This document shows positions 21,216 to 31,696 of a DNA stretch of 64,000 nt, piece after piece. The DNA comes from an uncultured Gemmatimonadales bacterium. Lineage in GTDB: Bacteria; Gemmatimonadota; Gemmatimonadetes; Gemmatimonadales; Gemmatimonadaceae. The notes beneath the pieces are model-generated. The model was not told where the DNA came from, searched no databases, and saw only the letters and a list, made by a program, of their open reading frames with translations. Location: assembly GCA_963850905.1 (NCBI GenBank), contig CAWKMU010000003.1, forward strand, positions 3,589,248 to 3,653,247, in the 5' to 3' direction. The position numbers and the translations under genes were made by a program. Within the stretch, counting starts at the first letter, position 1. Each line of letters begins with the position of its first letter.

Positions 21216-21962
21216 CTATCGTCCTGCGACCGCGGCGCCGATCGCGATTCCAGTCGCGAGCATGCCGGCGATCAGGAGCGCGTAGGCGATACGCTGGGCC
21301 CCGGCCGCCATGTATTTCGGCGACGTCACGTCAATGAAGCCGTTGACCAATGCAAGTCCCGGTATCATGTACACGACCGACGCGACGAGCGTCGCGGGCT
21401 CGATCGTGCTCAGATGCGTCCGCAATCCCCACGCGGCGATGAACGCGGAGAGCGCCGCGCAGGCGACCGTTATCGTGCCGCTGGAGCGACGGGTCCGCTG
21501 CAGGAGTGAGCGCACCGTCTGCCCGATCCCGCCGGCCACGCCGCAGATCGCGACGCTTCCCCAGTCGCCGCCGGCCAGGCGGGCAAATGACCCCGCCGTC
21601 ACGGCGGATGCCACGGCTGCGACCGCGAGCCCATACGGCGGTCGTAGCGCCCGGATGCGCACCAACTCGGCATCGATGACCGTTCCATCGACCTCACCGC
21701 TGCCGATGCGATCCGCCAGCGCGGCCGCCTCCGAGACGCGGACCAGGTTGGCACCGGGCGGGGCTAAGTGGCGAACGTAGATCGAGGACTGCCCGTCAAC
21801 GACCGCCGTGGCAATGACGACATCCGTCCGCCAAAACGCGGTGACGGATGTCGCCCCTAGTCCCGTGGCGGCGGTGGTGAATGCACGATCGGCACTCAAC
21901 GTACTGCCGCCATTCTCTACGATGATCAACGAAACGTCGAGCGCGACCTGGATCGGGCGCAC
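21216..21962 (-). CDS. ThrE-family exporter large subunit (YjjP-like)
   Basis: ENGGST, GANLVRVSE, FARLAGGDW, YMIPGLALVNGFID and AGAQR. Start uncertain. Confidence 0.75.
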   Translation of the reverse strand: MRPIQVALDVSLIIVENGGSTLSADRAFTTAATGLGATSVTAFWRTDVVIATAVVDGQSSIYVRHLAPPGANLVRVSEAAALADRIGSGEVDGTVIDAELVRIRALRPPYGLAVAAVASAVTAGSFARLAGGDWGSVAICGVAGGIGQTVRSLLQRTRRSSGTITVACAALSAFIAAWGLRTHLSTIEPATLVASVVYMIPGLALVNGFIDVTSPKYMAAGAQRIAYALLIAGMLATGIAIGAAVAGR

Positions 21963-21988
21963 GAACAGGCGACCCGGGTGTGGTCCGT

Positions 21989-23020
21989 CTACCTCCCCGG
22001 CACAAAGACGTTGACGTTCAACGCCTTCCCAATGTCCTGGATCGCCAGCTTCGCGCGCACGCTGTTGCCTGCGGCGTCGAGCCGGGGCGAGAACACGGCG
22101 ATGCCGAACTTGCCGGGCGAGACCGCGATGATCCCGCCGCCCACGCCACTCTTGCCAGGCAGCCCGGTGTCGTACAGCCACTGCCCCGAATCATCGTAGA
22201 GTCCGGCCGTCGCCATGACCGAGAGCACGCGCGGGACGTAGTCGGTGTTCAGAACACGCTTCTTGGTCATGGGGTTCACACCGCCGTTGGCGAGCGTCGC
22301 CGCCATCGTCGCCAGATCCTTCGCCGACACGTTGAGGGCGCACTGCCGCGTATAGATGTCGGTCGCCGAAGACGGGTTCGAATAGAGACGGTCGTAGGCA
22401 TACATCAGCTGTGCGATGGCCTGGTTGCGCTGGTTCGTCGCGGCCTCCGACTTGTACACCGGCTCATTGACCGTGAGGGGACGGCCGGCGAACGCACTCT
22501 GCGCAGCGACGATCTTGTCCCACCGGTCCTGATCACTGGTCGCCTTGACCATGCTCACCGTGGCGATCGCTCCCGCGTTGACGAGCGGGTTCATCTCCTT
22601 TCCTTTCTGCAACTCGATCGCAACGATCGAGTTGAATCGGAGCCCCGTCGCGTCCACGCCCAGCTTCTCCCTGACGGCGACAGGCCCCTGCTCCTGCATC
22701 ACCTCCGCCATCGTGAAGACCTTGGAGATGGATTGGATCGAGAAGAGGCTGTCGACATCGCCCATTGCGTACACCTTGCCGTCGGTCGTGACAATGGCGA
22801 CGCCAAACAGTTTCGGGTTGACCTTGGCGAGCTCGGGGATGTAATCGGCCACCGCGCCGCTGTCGACGCTCTTGTATTTCGCGTATGCCGCTTTCACCGC
22901 GGAATCGTACTGGGCCGGCGTCTGCGCACCGACCGGCAAAACCGGTGAGCTCAGCGCGAGGGCGGCGAGCAGTCCGCCGAACCCACGCGCGGAGGCTGCG
23001 TGTCCAGTCGCGTACCTCAT
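21989..23020 (-). CDS. glsA: Glutaminase A with N-terminal signal peptide
   Basis: GAVADYIPELA, FSIQSISKVFT, NPLVNAGAI, YTRQC, GLYDDSG and GLPGKSGVGGGI. Hydrophobic leader ending VGA-Q. Confidence 0.93.
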   Translation of the reverse strand: MRYATGHAASARGFGGLLAALALSSPVLPVGAQTPAQYDSAVKAAYAKYKSVDSGAVADYIPELAKVNPKLFGVAIVTTDGKVYAMGDVDSLFSIQSISKVFTMAEVMQEQGPVAVREKLGVDATGLRFNSIVAIELQKGKEMNPLVNAGAIATVSMVKATSDQDRWDKIVAAQSAFAGRPLTVNEPVYKSEAATNQRNQAIAQLMYAYDRLYSNPSSATDIYTRQCALNVSAKDLATMAATLANGGVNPMTKKRVLNTDYVPRVLSVMATAGLYDDSGQWLYDTGLPGKSGVGGGIIAVSPGKFGIAVFSPRLDAAGNSVRAKLAIQDIGKALNVNVFVPGR

Positions 23021-23026
23021 TGCTTG

Positions 23027-24259
23027 TCACCTCCAAACACGAATGCCATAGTTGAATTTGCCCGAGAACTGCAGGCGATAGTCATTGTACGTGTAGCCGT
23101 TACTCTTGTTCTGGCGTTGACCCCACTGGCCTTCGAGGCCCACCAGGAAGTCCTTCACCGGGGTGTAGAGGATGTTGGCGAGGGCGTATTGCCCGAGCCT
23201 GAAATCGCTCGGCAGTTGGCTCTCGGAGTTCTGGATGTTCACCTGCGAATAGCCGATGCTGCTCGTCCAGTGCTTGTTCCACGTATGGTCGTAGAACGCG
23301 ACGAGTCCAAACACCGGCAACGGGACGCCGAGGAACGGCTGGAACGTGTTGCCCGGGTTCGTCTTGACGCCAATGTCGATCGGCGCGTCGTTCATGTAGT
23401 TCTCGACGGCTTTCCCGTACAGCGCCTGGAGCTTGAGCTGGCTTCCCGCGCTCCCCAGGTTGATGCGGCTGCTCAGGTTGACTCCCCAGCCCACGGTAGA
23501 CCCGGACAGGTTTCGCGTCGACGTTGCCGCGAGATCATCCCAGTAGATGGGGCTCAACATTCCCGCGAGCTGGATGTACCACGTGGGGTGTCCCCACCGG
23601 TAATGCGCAGACAAATCGGGTGCCGGAAACCGTGCCGAGATGTTCGCAAGCTCGACCCGGTCCGCATATACACCAGCGTCGCCGGACGCGCCCGGGCGTT
23701 CGAGCGCAAACGCCAACTCCGATTCCCCGCGAATCGGCGACCACCGCAGCTGAATGTTCCGAAAGAACGCCATCCCGTTCGGGACCCCACGCCTCCAGCG
23801 TATTCGGGAAGATGTCCAAGTCCATGAACAGGCTGTTCATTTGTCCGATGCCGAACGCGCCGAGCTCGCCATAGGCATACCGCAAGCGAATCTGCGTCTG
23901 CCCTGCCTGTGCTCCCACGCCGGTCATGTCGAATTCGAAACGTGCGAACAGCTCGCCCAGGGCTGTCGGCGTCGCGCCTTTGACGCCGAAGCGGGTTTGT
24001 CGAACACTCTCGTAAAAGTGACCGTTCTTGCCGAACTCGCCGTCAAATGCGGGAAGCTTCGTGGGCCGCATCATGTCGAACCAATTCGGGTCGTTCGTGC
24101 CGAAGTCGCCGATCATGTCGGTTTTGAATGAAGCCATAGATCGTGAACATAGGCTTTTTCGTCTTGGTCGTATCGTCCTGCGCGCGCGATCCTGCCGGCA
24201 GCCAGCACGGTCAGAACAGCGGCAAGCGATGTAGTCCAACGAACAAGTCGCAAGGTCAT
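23027..24259 (-). CDS. DcaP-family outer membrane porin (frameshifts ~24125 and ~23780)
   Basis: GGAGG RBS and ATG 24259 with a signal peptide (..ARAQDDT). SVRQTRFG, FEFDM, RLRYAYGELG, FRNIQLRW and LQFSGKFNY. Confidence 0.8.
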
Positions 24260-24291
24260 ATGTTCCTCCGAATGCGACATCAGTCAGCAAA

Positions 24292-25514
24292 TCATTGGTC
24301 GAACACGAGCCCGCCGCTGGCGCTCGCTGACTTCGCGCGCGCACGGTCCTGGCTCTCCCACGCGCGCACATCGCGGCGAGCCCTGTCGAAGAGCCGTTCG
24401 AAGTTCCCCATGCGTACCTTGAGGCTCGCCTCGGGTGTCAACTTCGCCCAAAGCGGTGCGTACTCGACGTAGACCCGGAGGTAGGTGGCCTGATCGGCAG
24501 GAGCGACTTCATCGGTGCCGAAGAGGAAACGGTCTGGAAACCGATTGATGAGCGCCGCCGTGTTGGCGAGCGACTGCGGTGTCGCCACGACGTACTTCGC
24601 GACTTCATCCCACGAAATGTCGAAGTAGAGATTGGGGAGCGACGAATCCTCGAGCAGCTCCGTGAGGATGCCGAGATGGTATGGGCTCCGCTCCGCCGGC
24701 GCGGCCGACGGCGACTCTGGGCGCGGCTGTACGATGCGGCCGAGGCCCGTGTGGGCCCAGATCAGCGTCGTTGTCGGATGCCGATGCAGGAGCGCCTTCA
24801 TTTGCGTCAGGTACGCCGGCTCCGTGGCTGGCTTTGCGAAGGGCACGTCGATGTCGTTGTGTAGAATGACCACGAGCCCCGCCTGCGCGGCGAAAGCGAG
24901 GATGCTGTCCAGTGCAGGGTTCGTGAGGCTCGCCACTCCACCGGCGACCTTGGACGACACGAATTCCTTGTGAATCGAAAACTCGCCGATGCCCTCGAAC
25001 ACGCCTGGGAACGTGCGGAGCACACGCCTGATGTGCTCCGTCGCATACATATCGGCGGGATTGAAGCCCGTGATCATGGGATCGAACCGCGCCTGCTGAT
25101 CCCTCGTCAAGGACCGATACGCCATTGCGATGTACGCATCGGTGAACGAGTAGTAGTAGAGCGGTGCATCGGTCTGCAGGTAGTACGTCGGTGCGTACGT
25201 CCCTGAGTTACCGTACGACCACATTTGTTGCAGCGGAATGCCGAACAGGGCGACCCGTCCCACCTTGTCGCCCATGATCTCGAGGAACCGGTGGATCTCG
25301 GTCCCACGCTGGACGTAGTTCGTCAGGTGGAAGTGGGAGTCGTTGAACTCGTAGCTGCCGGGCACCCGGGCGTCGGCCAATGCAGCCACAGCGTGGCGCA
25401 TGGACACCGCACCGCCGTCATCACCGCGCCGAGCCCAAGGCCAATGGCCACGCGTCCACTACGCGCGATGGCCCGACTGTTCGGGTCCGGGGCCTTTGGA
25501 TTACGCAAACGCAT
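24292..25514 (-). CDS. Amidohydrolase-family (TIM barrel) protein, probably exported (frameshift ~25405)
   Basis: DSHFHLTNY, GIGEFSIHKE, LHND, WAHTG, DISWDEVAK and RFLFGTD. A signal-like N-terminus (VAIGLGLGAV) lies upstream in another frame. Confidence 0.8.
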
Positions 25515-25993
25515 CGGCGGACATTGCGACGGCGTAGCCAGTGTGGCCGCGGCCGTCAGACACGAATAAGCTGCCCCGCACCAAGCCACTCACATCCGCG
25601 CGGCGCTAACGCCGAAATGGGCGACCTACCGTCGGCGGCGTCTCGATCCATATGAACTGCGACCAACCATGCTCACCTGTCCTCGGCCCGAGCCATGCAC
25701 AGGCCTCGGGGCGTTACCGACCATCGCTACAGCCGATCCTGGGCGACCGTTCGTCGCGCAAGGACCTGCTCTGTCTACGAGTTAAGACGGCGCGCGGCAC
25801 CACGACAATCGTGACCAAGGTCTGAGGCATAGGCGCGCACCCGCAGGGTTGCCCAACCACGACGCGGCCCGCCACGAGGCGTCGACCTTTGGTCACCAGG
25901 ACCAAAGTCTATAAAACGCGGGCTGACGTTCGCGGGCGTGGCGCTCGCCGCCAGTGACTACGCAACCAGCTGGTCGCCCCCCCGCTGTCGGCG

Positions 25994-27283
25994 TCAGAAC
26001 GTCAGCGCAAGCCGCGTTTGGAAGAATTGCGTCGCGCCTTTCATCTCGAATCGGTCGAGCACCCCGTACCCGTAGGCGACCTCGACGCGCACGAGGCTCG
26101 AGAGATACCAGTTGACCATCGGCGTGATGCGCCAGAAGCTGCCGCCCGTCACGGTCTGGTTGTTCAGATTGCTGTAGGAAAAGCGGAGCAGCGCCTCGAA
26201 CGCGCCAGTGCCACCGCGAAACACCGACTTGTCCGGCGTGATGCCCTTGAAGTAGCCCCCGGCCGTGTTGTACGGCCGAACCTCTCCGGTGATCAACCAT
26301 GACGCGAAGATGTCGCCGCCGTTAAACAGCGGGTTGTGCGTCTGTGGCGAGCTCACCTTCATCAGATAGTACTCCGATCCGAACAGCCACGACCCCGGCC
26401 GGAGGTACGCCTCGAGCCCTAGATTCTGCGTATTCGTCGCGGGGAACTCGCCGGTGTCGAGGAAGTACGGTGCCGGAAAGGCCTCAGGCCTGGATCGCAA
26501 TCGGAGCGAGTCGCCATGCACCTTGGCGATACTCCCGTCGATGCCGATATTGAGCACCGTTCCGGTGGTCGCCGAGACCAGGGGTACCCATACCAGGCGC
26601 GCCGTGAACTGATTGTCGTACCAACCGAAGCTCTGCCCATTGGTGGTGAGCGCGCCCGTAAACCACCCGAGGTTCCAGATGAGGTGGCGGTCGGGCAGGT
26701 AGCCAAGCCACTTGATGCCGTCGGCCAGGAGCGGGATGGTCGCGTCCGAGAACGTGAACCGCTCCATCGTCCAGCCGTCGTATCCAGTCATGATCTTGTT
26801 CAGACTGATGCCGACTTTCGAACGCCCGATGAAGATATTGCCCCAGAGCTCCGGAACGCCTACCATGACTCCCGTTTGGCGGAGCAGCCAGGAACTGGTC
26901 GGGCCGTCATACATGACACCGATCTGCCATGTCACCGGGCGGTTGAGGGCGAACTGCCCGCCAAAGAGCAAACGGGCATCCCGGAGCTTCCACTGATCCT
27001 GGACCTGGACCTGCTCCTTACTCGCCGCGTTCTGCGCGAACGCCGTGTAATCGGTCAGGAGGCCGCCGCCGATGCGAAGCGTCGTGAAACCGAGATGGTA
27101 CGGCATGCCCAAGAGGCTCGGTTCCTGATCGGCGTCCGCCCCCGAGGCAGTGACCGGCGGCGTCTTCGTCGAGTCGCGCGCAGTCGAGTCGCGCACAGCG
27201 GAGTCGGGAGCCTGTGCCACTGCGCGCACCGATGTGCACAGGCCGGCCAGGGCGACGAGCCCCCCAAGGATGCGCGATCGCAT
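25994..27283 (-). CDS. OprO/OprP-like (Porin O/P) outer membrane porin
   Basis: Signal peptide AVA-Q, RDARL, TMER, LRSRPE, SWLITGEVRPY, GAFEALLRFS, VNWYL and terminal Phe. Confidence 0.8.
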   Translation of the reverse strand: MRSRILGGLVALAGLCTSVRAVAQAPDSAVRDSTARDSTKTPPVTASGADADQEPSLLGMPYHLGFTTLRIGGGLLTDYTAFAQNAASKEQVQVQDQWKLRDARLLFGGQFALNRPVTWQIGVMYDGPTSSWLLRQTGVMVGVPELWGNIFIGRSKVGISLNKIMTGYDGWTMERFTFSDATIPLLADGIKWLGYLPDRHLIWNLGWFTGALTTNGQSFGWYDNQFTARLVWVPLVSATTGTVLNIGIDGSIAKVHGDSLRLRSRPEAFPAPYFLDTGEFPATNTQNLGLEAYLRPGSWLFGSEYYLMKVSSPQTHNPLFNGGDIFASWLITGEVRPYNTAGGYFKGITPDKSVFRGGTGAFEALLRFSYSNLNNQTVTGGSFWRITPMVNWYLSSLVRVEVAYGYGVLDRFEMKGATQFFQTRLALTF

Positions 27284-27319
27284 AGCCGATCCCACCCTCG
27301 CTTCTGAGTGGACGCTGGC

Positions 27320-28405
27320 TCAGTACTGGTCGAAATAGCGCTGGATCGTCTTGGGGTCCTGTGTCTGGAGCAGCGCGAGTCGGAGGAGGACCCGCGACTT
27401 TTGCGGATTGAGCGCGAGCGAGGCCACGAATCCGTACTTGTCGTCGTCCACTTCCACGTCGCGACCGACCTGGCCCGTCGTCACCCGCGACGAGCGGACG
27501 CACACAATGCCCTTCTTGGCCTGGGCCGCAAGTGCTTCCACCGCGGCTTTCGTCATGTTGCCGTTCCCGACGCCGGCGATCACGATGCCCTTCGCACCGT
27601 CTGCCGCCGCCGCCTCAATGAGCTTGCCGTCCATGTTCTCATACGCCATGATGATGTCCACGCGCGGCAAAACCGTGGTCGGCGTGACGGAGAATTCCGA
27701 TTGCGTCGTGTTGCGGCCAACGCCGTTCCGATACCATTCGATATTGCCGTAGGCCACCGTACCGACCAATCCGGAGAGCGGAGACAGGAACGTCTGCACC
27801 GCAGTCGTGCTCGTCTTGGTCAACGAGGCGGCTCCGTGAATCCAATCATTCACCACGACCATGACACCGCGCCCCTGAGCGTCCTTGTTGGCTGCGACGG
27901 CGACCGCGTTGAAAAAGTTGAGTGGCCCGTCGGCCGACAGCGCCGTCGAGGGCCGCATCGCGGCCGTCAACACCACGGGCTTTTTCGATTTGATCACCAG
28001 GTTCAGGAAATACGCGGTCTCCTCGATGGTGTCGGTGCCGTGCGTGATGACCACGCCCGAGACGTCGGGCTGCGCGAGCAGCTCGTTGGTTCTCGTCGCG
28101 AGCTTGATCCACACCGAATCGTTCATGTCCTGCGAGCCGATGTTCGCGATCTGCTCGCCCTTCAGGTTGGCGAGCTTCTTTGCCTCCGGTACAGCGGCGA
28201 GGAGCTGGTCGACGCCGACCTGGCCGCTCGTGTAGCCGGCCTGCACGTTCGTCCCGGCGGCACCCGCGATTGTGCCCCCGGTGGCGAGGACCACGACCGT
28301 CGGGAGTGGCTGGGTCGGCGCTGCCTGCGCCGCGACTCGGACCTGACCGCTCACAGCGACGAGCAGAGACGCCAGTAACAGAGATGGTGCGGATCGCCTC
28401 GCCAT
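27320..28405 (-). CDS. ansB: Type II (periplasmic) L-asparaginase/glutaminase-asparaginase
   Basis: LATGGTIAG, NIGSQDM, HGTDTIEETAYF, MRPSTALSADGP, GVGNGN and LNPQKSR. Signal peptide. Confidence 0.93.
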   Translation of the reverse strand: MARRSAPSLLLASLLVAVSGQVRVAAQAAPTQPLPTVVVLATGGTIAGAAGTNVQAGYTSGQVGVDQLLAAVPEAKKLANLKGEQIANIGSQDMNDSVWIKLATRTNELLAQPDVSGVVITHGTDTIEETAYFLNLVIKSKKPVVLTAAMRPSTALSADGPLNFFNAVAVAANKDAQGRGVMVVVNDWIHGAASLTKTSTTAVQTFLSPLSGLVGTVAYGNIEWYRNGVGRNTTQSEFSVTPTTVLPRVDIIMAYENMDGKLIEAAAADGAKGIVIAGVGNGNMTKAAVEALAAQAKKGIVCVRSSRVTTGQVGRDVEVDDDKYGFVASLALNPQKSRVLLRLALLQTQDPKTIQRYFDQY

Positions 28406-28443
28406 TGGAACCTCCTAGCGTGTCAGCATGACCTAAATGATTT

Positions 28444-29856
28444 TCACCGAGCCACCAGTAACAGCCAGGGCGTACCGACGACCAGATAGAGCACGACGAA
28501 CAGCCCCGTGAGAATCGCTCCGAGGCGATACAGCTCGCCCTGCGCCAGATAGCCACTCCCGACAAAGAGGAGGTTCGCGCTCGAGGCTTGCGGTGTGATC
28601 GCCCCGAAGTAGTTGGTCGCGAAGAGCAGCTGGAAGGCGAGCGGCGCAGCCGGTATCCCCAGCTTGACGCCGACTCCGAGGAATACGCCGAAGAGTGCCA
28701 GGAGGTGCGCCGTCTCGCTCACGAAGAGGTAGTGCAACAGCACGTACACGACCACCAACGCCACCGCCGCCGCGATCCCGGGCAACCCTTCCAGTGCGAC
28801 CGCCAGATGATCACCCACAAACCCCATGAACCCGAGCTTGTTGAGCTGACTGCTGAGCGTGAACAGCGACGCGAACCAGATGTAGGTCGCGAGGACATCC
28901 CCTTGTTTTGAGATGTCGCCCAGCGTCAGCACGCCCGTCGCGAGCAGGATCCCGAGCCCCAGGAAGGCCACCGCGGTCGAATCGATCCCCAGTGTCGACG
29001 CCAAGCCCCACAGGACGACCATCCCCAGGAACGTGAAGCCGACCACCTTCTGGTCTCGGGTAAGGGGTCCGAGTGCGGCGAGCGACTTGCGAGCCTCCGC
29101 CGGCGCCTCCGGCATGGCAGTCACCTCCGGGCGCATTAGCTTGTAGAGCACGAACGGAATCGCGATGATGCCCAGGATCGTCGGCACCGAGGATGCCACG
29201 AGCCACGAGCCAAACCCGATGTTCACGCCGTAGGGTTTGGCGATTTCGGCCCCCAGTGGATTGCCTGCCATTGCCGTGAGCCAAAGCGCTGACGAGAGGC
29301 AGAGGCTCGCCATCCCCGAGAGCATCAGAAACTTCCCGAGGCGTTGCCGATCCTGCCGCTCGGGACTCACGCCAGCGGCTTCCGCCACGGAGAGCGCCAG
29401 CGGATAGAGCACGCCGGACCGCGCGGTATTGCTTGGAAAGGCCGGCGCGATCAGCGCGTCCACCACGAAGATGCTGTACGACAGGCCGAGCGTGGAACGT
29501 CCAAAAAGGCTGATCGCCCGGTAACCAAGTCGCTGTCCCAGTCCGGACTTGACCACCGCGTAGGCAACAAGAAATGCGACGATGATCAACACGATCGTCG
29601 GGTTCGAGAACCCGGCGTACGCGTCGTCGGCTGACAGCGTCCCCGAAAGGACCGCAGCCGCCACGGCAAACAGCGACGCAGTGAGAATCGGCAACGCGCC
29701 GATCACGACCGACAGGATCGTGGCCGCGAAGATCGCGAAGAGGTGCCAGGCTTGCGCGGTCAACCCCTCGGGAGGGGGGATGAACCAGATCAGGAGCGCG
29801 ACCGCCAGCGTCACCACACGGGCGATGCGCTGGCGTCGCGTAACCGGTGCGTTCAC
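28444..29856 (-). CDS. DASS-family di/tricarboxylate anion permease
   Basis: PPEGLTAQAWHLFAIF, PSNTARSG, LTAMAGNPL, HYLFVSETAH. About 12 TM segments. Confidence 0.9.
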   Translation of the reverse strand: MNAPVTRRQRIARVVTLAVALLIWFIPPPEGLTAQAWHLFAIFAATILSVVIGALPILTASLFAVAAAVLSGTLSADDAYAGFSNPTIVLIIVAFLVAYAVVKSGLGQRLGYRAISLFGRSTLGLSYSIFVVDALIAPAFPSNTARSGVLYPLALSVAEAAGVSPERQDRQRLGKFLMLSGMASLCLSSALWLTAMAGNPLGAEIAKPYGVNIGFGSWLVASSVPTILGIIAIPFVLYKLMRPEVTAMPEAPAEARKSLAALGPLTRDQKVVGFTFLGMVVLWGLASTLGIDSTAVAFLGLGILLATGVLTLGDISKQGDVLATYIWFASLFTLSSQLNKLGFMGFVGDHLAVALEGLPGIAAAVALVVVYVLLHYLFVSETAHLLALFGVFLGVGVKLGIPAAPLAFQLLFATNYFGAITPQASSANLLFVGSGYLAQGELYRLGAILTGLFVVLYLVVGTPWLLLVAR

Positions 29857-29876
29857 GGTGGCTCTCGCACGGGGTG

Positions 29877-31280
29877 TTACCGTCCTGCGCCGGTCAAAGC
29901 GGCTGGGTCTAGGATCTCGTTGATCTGGTCATCAGTCAGGATGTGCTTCTCGCGAATCAGCTCGACGATCCCCTCACCAGTCTTCAGCGCCTCGGCGGCG
30001 AGCGCCGTTGCCCGTTCATAGCCGATCACTGGATTCAGCGCAGTGACGGTCCCGATAGTGCGCTCGATGTAGTGCTGAAGCACGTCCTTGTTGGCGGTAA
30101 TCCCCTCGACACAGTACTTGCGCAGGGTGTTGGCCGCATTGATCAGCGTCGTCTGCCCTTCGAAGATGCAGGCCGCCATCACGGGCTCGAAGGCGTTGAG
30201 CTGGAGCTGCCCCGCCTCTGCCGCCATCGTGACCGCCATGTCTGCACCGATGACGCGGTAGCAGACCATGTTCACCACTTCCGGGATGACGGGATTCACC
30301 TTGCCAGGCATGATCGATGACCCAGGCTGGGTCGCTGGCAGGTTGATCTCGAACAGACCGCAGCGAGGTCCGGACGACAGGAGGCGGAGGTCGTTGCTAA
30401 CCTTCGCGAGCTTGATGGCCAGGCTCTTCAAGGCGGACGAGTACAGCACGAAGGCCTGCGTGTCCTGCGTGGCCTCGATGAGATCCTCGGCCAGCTTGAT
30501 CGGGAGTCCGGTGATCTTTGCCAGATGATCGGCGCACTTCTGGGCGTAGCCCTTCGGAGCGTTGAGCCCCGTACCGATCGCCGTGCCGCCCATGCTGATC
30601 TCGCTGAGGACACGCTGCATCGCCTGGAGCGCTTGCACTTCCCCCTCGAGCGTGCGCGCGAACGCCTCGAACTCCTGGCCCAATGTCATCGGTACCGCGT
30701 CCTGCAGCTGCGTCCGTCCCATCTTGAGGAGGGTGCTGAACTCCTTTCCCTTCGCACGGAACGCCTTGATCAGCGCATTGATGGCCGCAATGAGCTCGAC
30801 GTTCCCGAGCGCCATGCCAACGTGCATGGAGGTGGGGTAGGAATCGTTCGTCGATTGCGAGCGATTCACGTGATCGTGCGGGTCGAGGTACTTGTACTCG
30901 CCCTTCTTGTGTCCCATCAGCTCGAGCCCACGGTTCGCGATCACCTCGTTCGCGTTCATGTTGGTAGACGTACCGGCACCACCTTGCAGCACATTGAGCT
31001 CGAACTGGTCATGGAGCTTGCCGTCGATGATTTCCTGACAGGCCTTTTCGATCGCCGTGAGGATCTCCTTGGAGAAGCCGCCAGTCTCGAAGTTCGCCCG
31101 CGCCGCCGCGAGCTTCACCATCGCGAGCCCTTTGATGAAGTTGGGGTAGTTGGAGATCGGCACCCCGGAGATCTGGAAATTCTCGAGCGCGCGTGCGGTT
31201 TGAACGCCGTAATAGGCATTGGCCGGGACGGCCAGGTCACCTAAGAGATCATGTTCAATTCGTGTTTGCGCCGACGGCAT
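29877..31280 (-). CDS. aspA: Aspartate ammonia-lyase
   Basis: RIEHDLLG, YYGVQTARALENF, QGGAGTSTNMNANEVIAN, KMGRTQLQDAVP and GSSIMPGKVNP. GGAGG RBS before ATG 31280. Confidence 0.95.
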   Translation of the reverse strand: MPSAQTRIEHDLLGDLAVPANAYYGVQTARALENFQISGVPISNYPNFIKGLAMVKLAAARANFETGGFSKEILTAIEKACQEIIDGKLHDQFELNVLQGGAGTSTNMNANEVIANRGLELMGHKKGEYKYLDPHDHVNRSQSTNDSYPTSMHVGMALGNVELIAAINALIKAFRAKGKEFSTLLKMGRTQLQDAVPMTLGQEFEAFARTLEGEVQALQAMQRVLSEISMGGTAIGTGLNAPKGYAQKCADHLAKITGLPIKLAEDLIEATQDTQAFVLYSSALKSLAIKLAKVSNDLRLLSSGPRCGLFEINLPATQPGSSIMPGKVNPVIPEVVNMVCYRVIGADMAVTMAAEAGQLQLNAFEPVMAACIFEGQTTLINAANTLRKYCVEGITANKDVLQHYIERTIGTVTALNPVIGYERATALAAEALKTGEGIVELIREKHILTDDQINEILDPAALTGAGR

Positions 31281-31696
31281 GCTACCCTCCGTGCGCAACG
31301 CCAGTGCGTCGCGTGGTTGAAAAGCGTCCCCAAGCGTCGAGGTTGGCGCCCGGTTGAGATGCGTCTCGCGATGTCGTGAAACGTTCCGGTTGCTACTCCC
31401 GTTGATCATACCCCACGGGATCCGAGTGCCCGCATAGGACCTTGGTCGATACCACTGCCACAATGCCGTGACGTCCCGAGCGCCGGCCGCCGCTGGCACG
31501 CCCCTCAGCGGAGCTGGGTTGTCATCAGCATGAAGAACGACTGGAAGTCGATCGTCGCTTGGCAGTAGGAAAACAATCGCGGTCGCTGGTCGGCACCGCA
31601 CTACGAACCGCACGCCGACATGTAGGGGCGGCCTTCAGGCCGCCCATGGCTGCGCTCGGACCCCCAGACCCACGGCCTGCCGACGCCCGGCGCTGG

